A stretch of 63,440 nt of DNA, filler included, from Licmophora abbreviata (taxonomy: Eukaryota), in NCBI GenBank assembly GCA_900291995.1. It is 12 parts of 12 records of this genome, joined end to end, with 100 filler letters (N's around TTAATTAATTAA, not from the genome) between each part and the next. Parts side by side here need not be neighbours in the genome. Positions count along the whole stretch, not along the records: positions 57,893 to 63,440 come from OLMU01004632.1; 11 more parts are not named here. One strand, given 5' to 3'. Of this stretch, positions 60,211 to 63,440 are shown one piece after another. The first letter of the stretch is position 1; each line of letters opens with the position of its first letter. The position numbers and the translations under genes are program-made. The notes under the pieces were generated by a model. The model was given only the letters and a program-made list of their open reading frames with translations. It searched no databases and was not told where the DNA came from.

Positions 60211-60726
60211 GTGATGAGGAGCTCTCTCTCTTTCTCTCTCGTCTAGCTAGGAAATGAGGCAACGAAGAACGGCACGGAGTGGTCTGGCAAAGGACGATGT
60301 CGTGTGTGTCGTGCCCATCGCATGCTGCGGTGCTTTTTGGTGTGGGCCGATCTCGTCTCGTCAGTCCGCGGCCCGTCCCCGAGATGCACCCGTCATCATC
60401 CCCAGCCCTATCATGCATGAAAAAGGCACGGGTGTGTGTGGCTTCCCGGACGAGTAATACCAAAAGGAACAACCGTGTGTGTGTGCTCTGTGCGACCAAA
60501 GAGTCCAACAAGACCATGAGCAATAGAGAGAGAAACCATACATAAATTGTGGTGCGTGAAGCTAAATATCGGCAGCCTTCGCGTTCCGAGTCCGTTTGCT
60601 GTCTACCTATGATGGTTCTTTCACGACGGGTTGCTCTTCTTGTATTATTATTATTATTATAAGAGCCGACGTGTGATTCCTCTTGAGTATCTCATAGCAC
60701 AGTATCTTGTTTCATTCATCCTTTTG

Positions 60727-61655
60727 TTAGAAGTCCTCCTTCTTCTCTGACGAAGACGAATGAAAGAGTGTGTCGACTTCCTCTTCAATCACATGTTCCA
60801 CGGCATGCTCCAATCGTTCTGCGGCATGAAGAGCAGCCTTTTCCACATCTTCCACAGCATGAAAGATCGATCTTCCGCAATGGTATAGTCAGTATCCTTG
60901 TCTTTTTCTTCTGTTTTTTTGTCGGCCTTGAGTCTACGAGAGAGAAAGAGACAAGGCAGGCAACGATGGGTTGATAAGTTCCTTGTGACCTGACAGACCC
61001 ATTCAATGCCTACCGGTGGTAGCGCAAAGTCTCATATATACTGACTGACACTTGCCTGTTTGCCTTGGCTGCGAGTCTTGCCTTTTCTTTGTCTGCCTTG
61101 TCCTTCCATTTGGACTTTTTGAGATCCAAGTCTTCTTCCTTTTTCTTCCGTGGCACCACCTCATGAAACAATGTGTCTACTTCTTGCTCTACAGCATCTT
61201 CCACAGCATGTTCTATCTTTTCGACCGTTTCCAAGACTGCGTGTTCTGCCGTTTCGACAGCCTGGAAGATGCGTTCTTGGGCCATCTCATAGTCGTCGTC
61301 CGTGTGTTGTTGATGATCATGGTTTTGGTTGTTGCTGCCTCCTCTGGAACAAAAGAATGAGAGGAGTAGAGTAAGAATTTGAAAGCACGCAAAACTGGGA
61401 GAATGATCCCGATGGTACAGACTACATGTCTGTAGTAGTCTTGGTGTACGGTGGTAGACACACCACACACACGACCCTCATATAACATTTCGTTAAAAAT
61501 ACACAGGTCATCTGTATTTTCCTCACTCACCGTAGAACAAGTCCAAACGAGAGGAGTCGCGACTGATCATGAAAGGCCACTCCGCACCATGCGGGCACTG
61601 GAAGAGTCAGCAAGAAGAAGAGAGGAAAGGCAGACTGTAGGACACGTCTCATCAT
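60727..61655 (-). CDS. Secreted/ER protein with two His/Glu-rich helical repeats (three exons; not captured as one ORF in the track)
   Basis: Signal peptide plus LRGG across intron 61344-61530; GC-AG intron 60934-61055; one missing A near 60867; repeats IFQAVE..EVDTLFH and FHAVE..EVDTLFH; ends KKEDF*. Confidence 0.7.
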
Positions 61656-61959
61656 TGTCGTCGTCGAGGTGTCAAAAAAATGAGAATCCAAACAAAGATT
61701 CACTACTACTGAGCGTTTTGTTCATTAACTGTGTGTGCACTTTAAAATGTAAAAAGTAATGTGGATGATAGTAGCGCTGAAATTTGGGGTACGTCAGTCA
61801 TGCATGCGAACGAAAACGGATGTGTTGACACCGCCGGCAAACAATGATGACGGCCGATCACACACACACACACACATCTACTTTCGTCCTCGTCGTCTTT
61901 TTCATCAGGTCAGACAAGCATTCCAAAGTTGTGCGACAAACACACAAAAAAGAGACAGA

Positions 61960-63321
61960 ATGGGGTGTACATCATCCTCCGAGTCATCGCCGCCGCCGGT
62001 TCCTACAAAATCACCTGCCGCCAAAACGGAAAAGATCCACCAGCAGCAGAGGACTGTGTCCGCGCCGCCGGATCAATCTACACCAACAACAACAACGCCG
62101 GATGCTGTCCAGAGCACTCCTGAGATTGAGAAACAGGAAGCAGACACGATTACTCTCGAGAAGAAGTTTGGCAACAAACTTCGGATCCGATATGCCGTCA
62201 AGAGTCGAAAGGGTCGCGATCCAGAAGACGCCACGAAAGCGAATCAAGATTGCGTTTCGGTGCACCACAACTTTGGCGATGCGTCGTCCGATAGCTTCTT
62301 TGGTGTATACGATGGTCACGGACCTACTGGAGAAGTCTGTTCTAGTTTTGTCAAAGATCGATTGCCGCAATTGATTGTGAAGAACATCCAGCATCAGAAT
62401 GAGTTTGTGGTATCGACGGATCAGATACAAGCGTCTCTGCATGAGGCGCACACACGGTGCAATGAAGAGCTGCATGCTGCCAAGCATGTCGACGATTCGT
62501 GTTCTGGTACGACCTCCATCACCATGTACATGGAGGGCTCCTACAGTCGAATCACGATATGCAACGTAGGCGACAGTCGTGCTGTATTGGGGACGCATCA
62601 AAAGCAGTCCGCCGCTCCTACGACTGCTGGCGATACTAAGGCCATTATCAAGGCTGTGCCCTTGTCCAAAGACCAAACACCTCATAGAGCCGATGAAGCG
62701 CAACGGTGTATACGTCACGGTGCCAGGATCTTGACTTTTGGACAAGTCAAAAAGGAACACAATACTGCGAATAATTGTACGACGGATGATGACGACGATG
62801 ATAGTGAAACGGAAGATCCACCCCGCGTGTGGGCGAAGCATGGCAAATACCCGGGAACAGCCTTTACGCGATCCCTTGGGGATGCCGTTGCCGAGACATT
62901 AGGCGTCTTTGGGGAACCGGAAATGTTGACTCTGAGAATCTCGTCCAAGGAGAAAGTGATTGTCCTGGCATCGGATGGTGTATTCGATGTAATGTCGAAT
63001 CAACAAGTCGTTGATATGTGCTTTCAATACTATCATGATAAAGATCCATCTCAAGCATGCAGTGCTGTCATTGATCACAGTCACAAGGAATGGTTGATTG
63101 CCGAAGAATGCGCAGACGAGGATGAAAAGGCCAGTTACGATGACATGACCATGGCTTGTGTCTTTGTCTACGACGAGGATGAGATGGAGGACGAGGTCGA
63201 CACAATGAGCGATGGACATGATGCATCTGATGAGCCTGATGCTGATTCTATTGCATCGAAGCCGACACAACGTCGAAAACGAGTCAAACAGAAAACCCTT
63301 CGCAATTTGGATGAGCTATGA
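61960..63321 (+). CDS. PP2C/PPM protein phosphatase with N-myristoylation/palmitoylation motif
   Basis: MGCTSS start; NQD, FFGVYDGHG, SGTT, NVGDSRAV, AFTRSLGD, LASDGVFD, DDMT. Confidence 0.93.
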   Translation: MGCTSSSESSPPPVPTKSPAAKTEKIHQQQRTVSAPPDQSTPTTTTPDAVQSTPEIEKQEADTITLEKKFGNKLRIRYAVKSRKGRDPEDATKANQDCVSVHHNFGDASSDSFFGVYDGHGPTGEVCSSFVKDRLPQLIVKNIQHQNEFVVSTDQIQASLHEAHTRCNEELHAAKHVDDSCSGTTSITMYMEGSYSRITICNVGDSRAVLGTHQKQSAAPTTAGDTKAIIKAVPLSKDQTPHRADEAQRCIRHGARILTFGQVKKEHNTANNCTTDDDDDDSETEDPPRVWAKHGKYPGTAFTRSLGDAVAETLGVFGEPEMLTLRISSKEKVIVLASDGVFDVMSNQQVVDMCFQYYHDKDPSQACSAVIDHSHKEWLIAEECADEDEKASYDDMTMACVFVYDEDEMEDEVDTMSDGHDASDEPDADSIASKPTQRRKRVKQKTLRNLDEL

Positions 63322-63440
63322 TTATGATGGACACAGGTGACACGCTGTTCTCGAGAAAGAAGGACACAACACCATGGCAGTCGCATGAATTTACACTCTT
63401 CTGTGATACAATCATGTCTCGCATACCACTAGAGTAACTC

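Noticed and set aside
1..63440. rRNA, tRNA, CRISPR arrays, transposase or reverse transcriptase genes
   Set aside because: None recognised by eye; a covariance-model scan would be needed to exclude small RNAs

Overview
Gene-dense eukaryotic nuclear DNA, most likely a pennate diatom draft scaffold. The assignment is inferred from short GT-AG introns, bipartite ASAF-type plastid presequences, a DUF6824 protein and KxxK/RxL secreted proteins. About 31 protein-coding loci are present, broken by eleven 100-nt artificial gap spacers (N44-TTAATTAATTAA-N44). Five single-base frameshifts in otherwise intact genes point to homopolymer sequencing errors. Housekeeping genes: BASS symporter, NNT, ACOT9, ASNSD1, PLPBP, Myb3R, HMG-box, SLC38-type transporter, ZIP transporter and PP2C. 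The best candidate for a novel system is a single polypeptide fusing an H-Y-E PARP-like ADP-ribosyltransferase to a Deltex RING-H2/DTC ligase. It could both write ADP-ribose and ubiquitylate it. It sits head-to-head with an iGluR-like channel and about 15 kb from an insertion-bearing divergent E1. Also notable: a pore-less voltage-sensor protein, an atypical Cys-loop receptor, an ankyrin-pseudokinase, a REXXE-less FTR1-like fusion, a Sec-less SelF homologue, an EF-hand ThrE exporter, a 'PTCIECDD' surface-protein family, and an exact 16-mer found in the same orientation upstream of three genes. All family calls come from motif recognition by eye, not from database searches.
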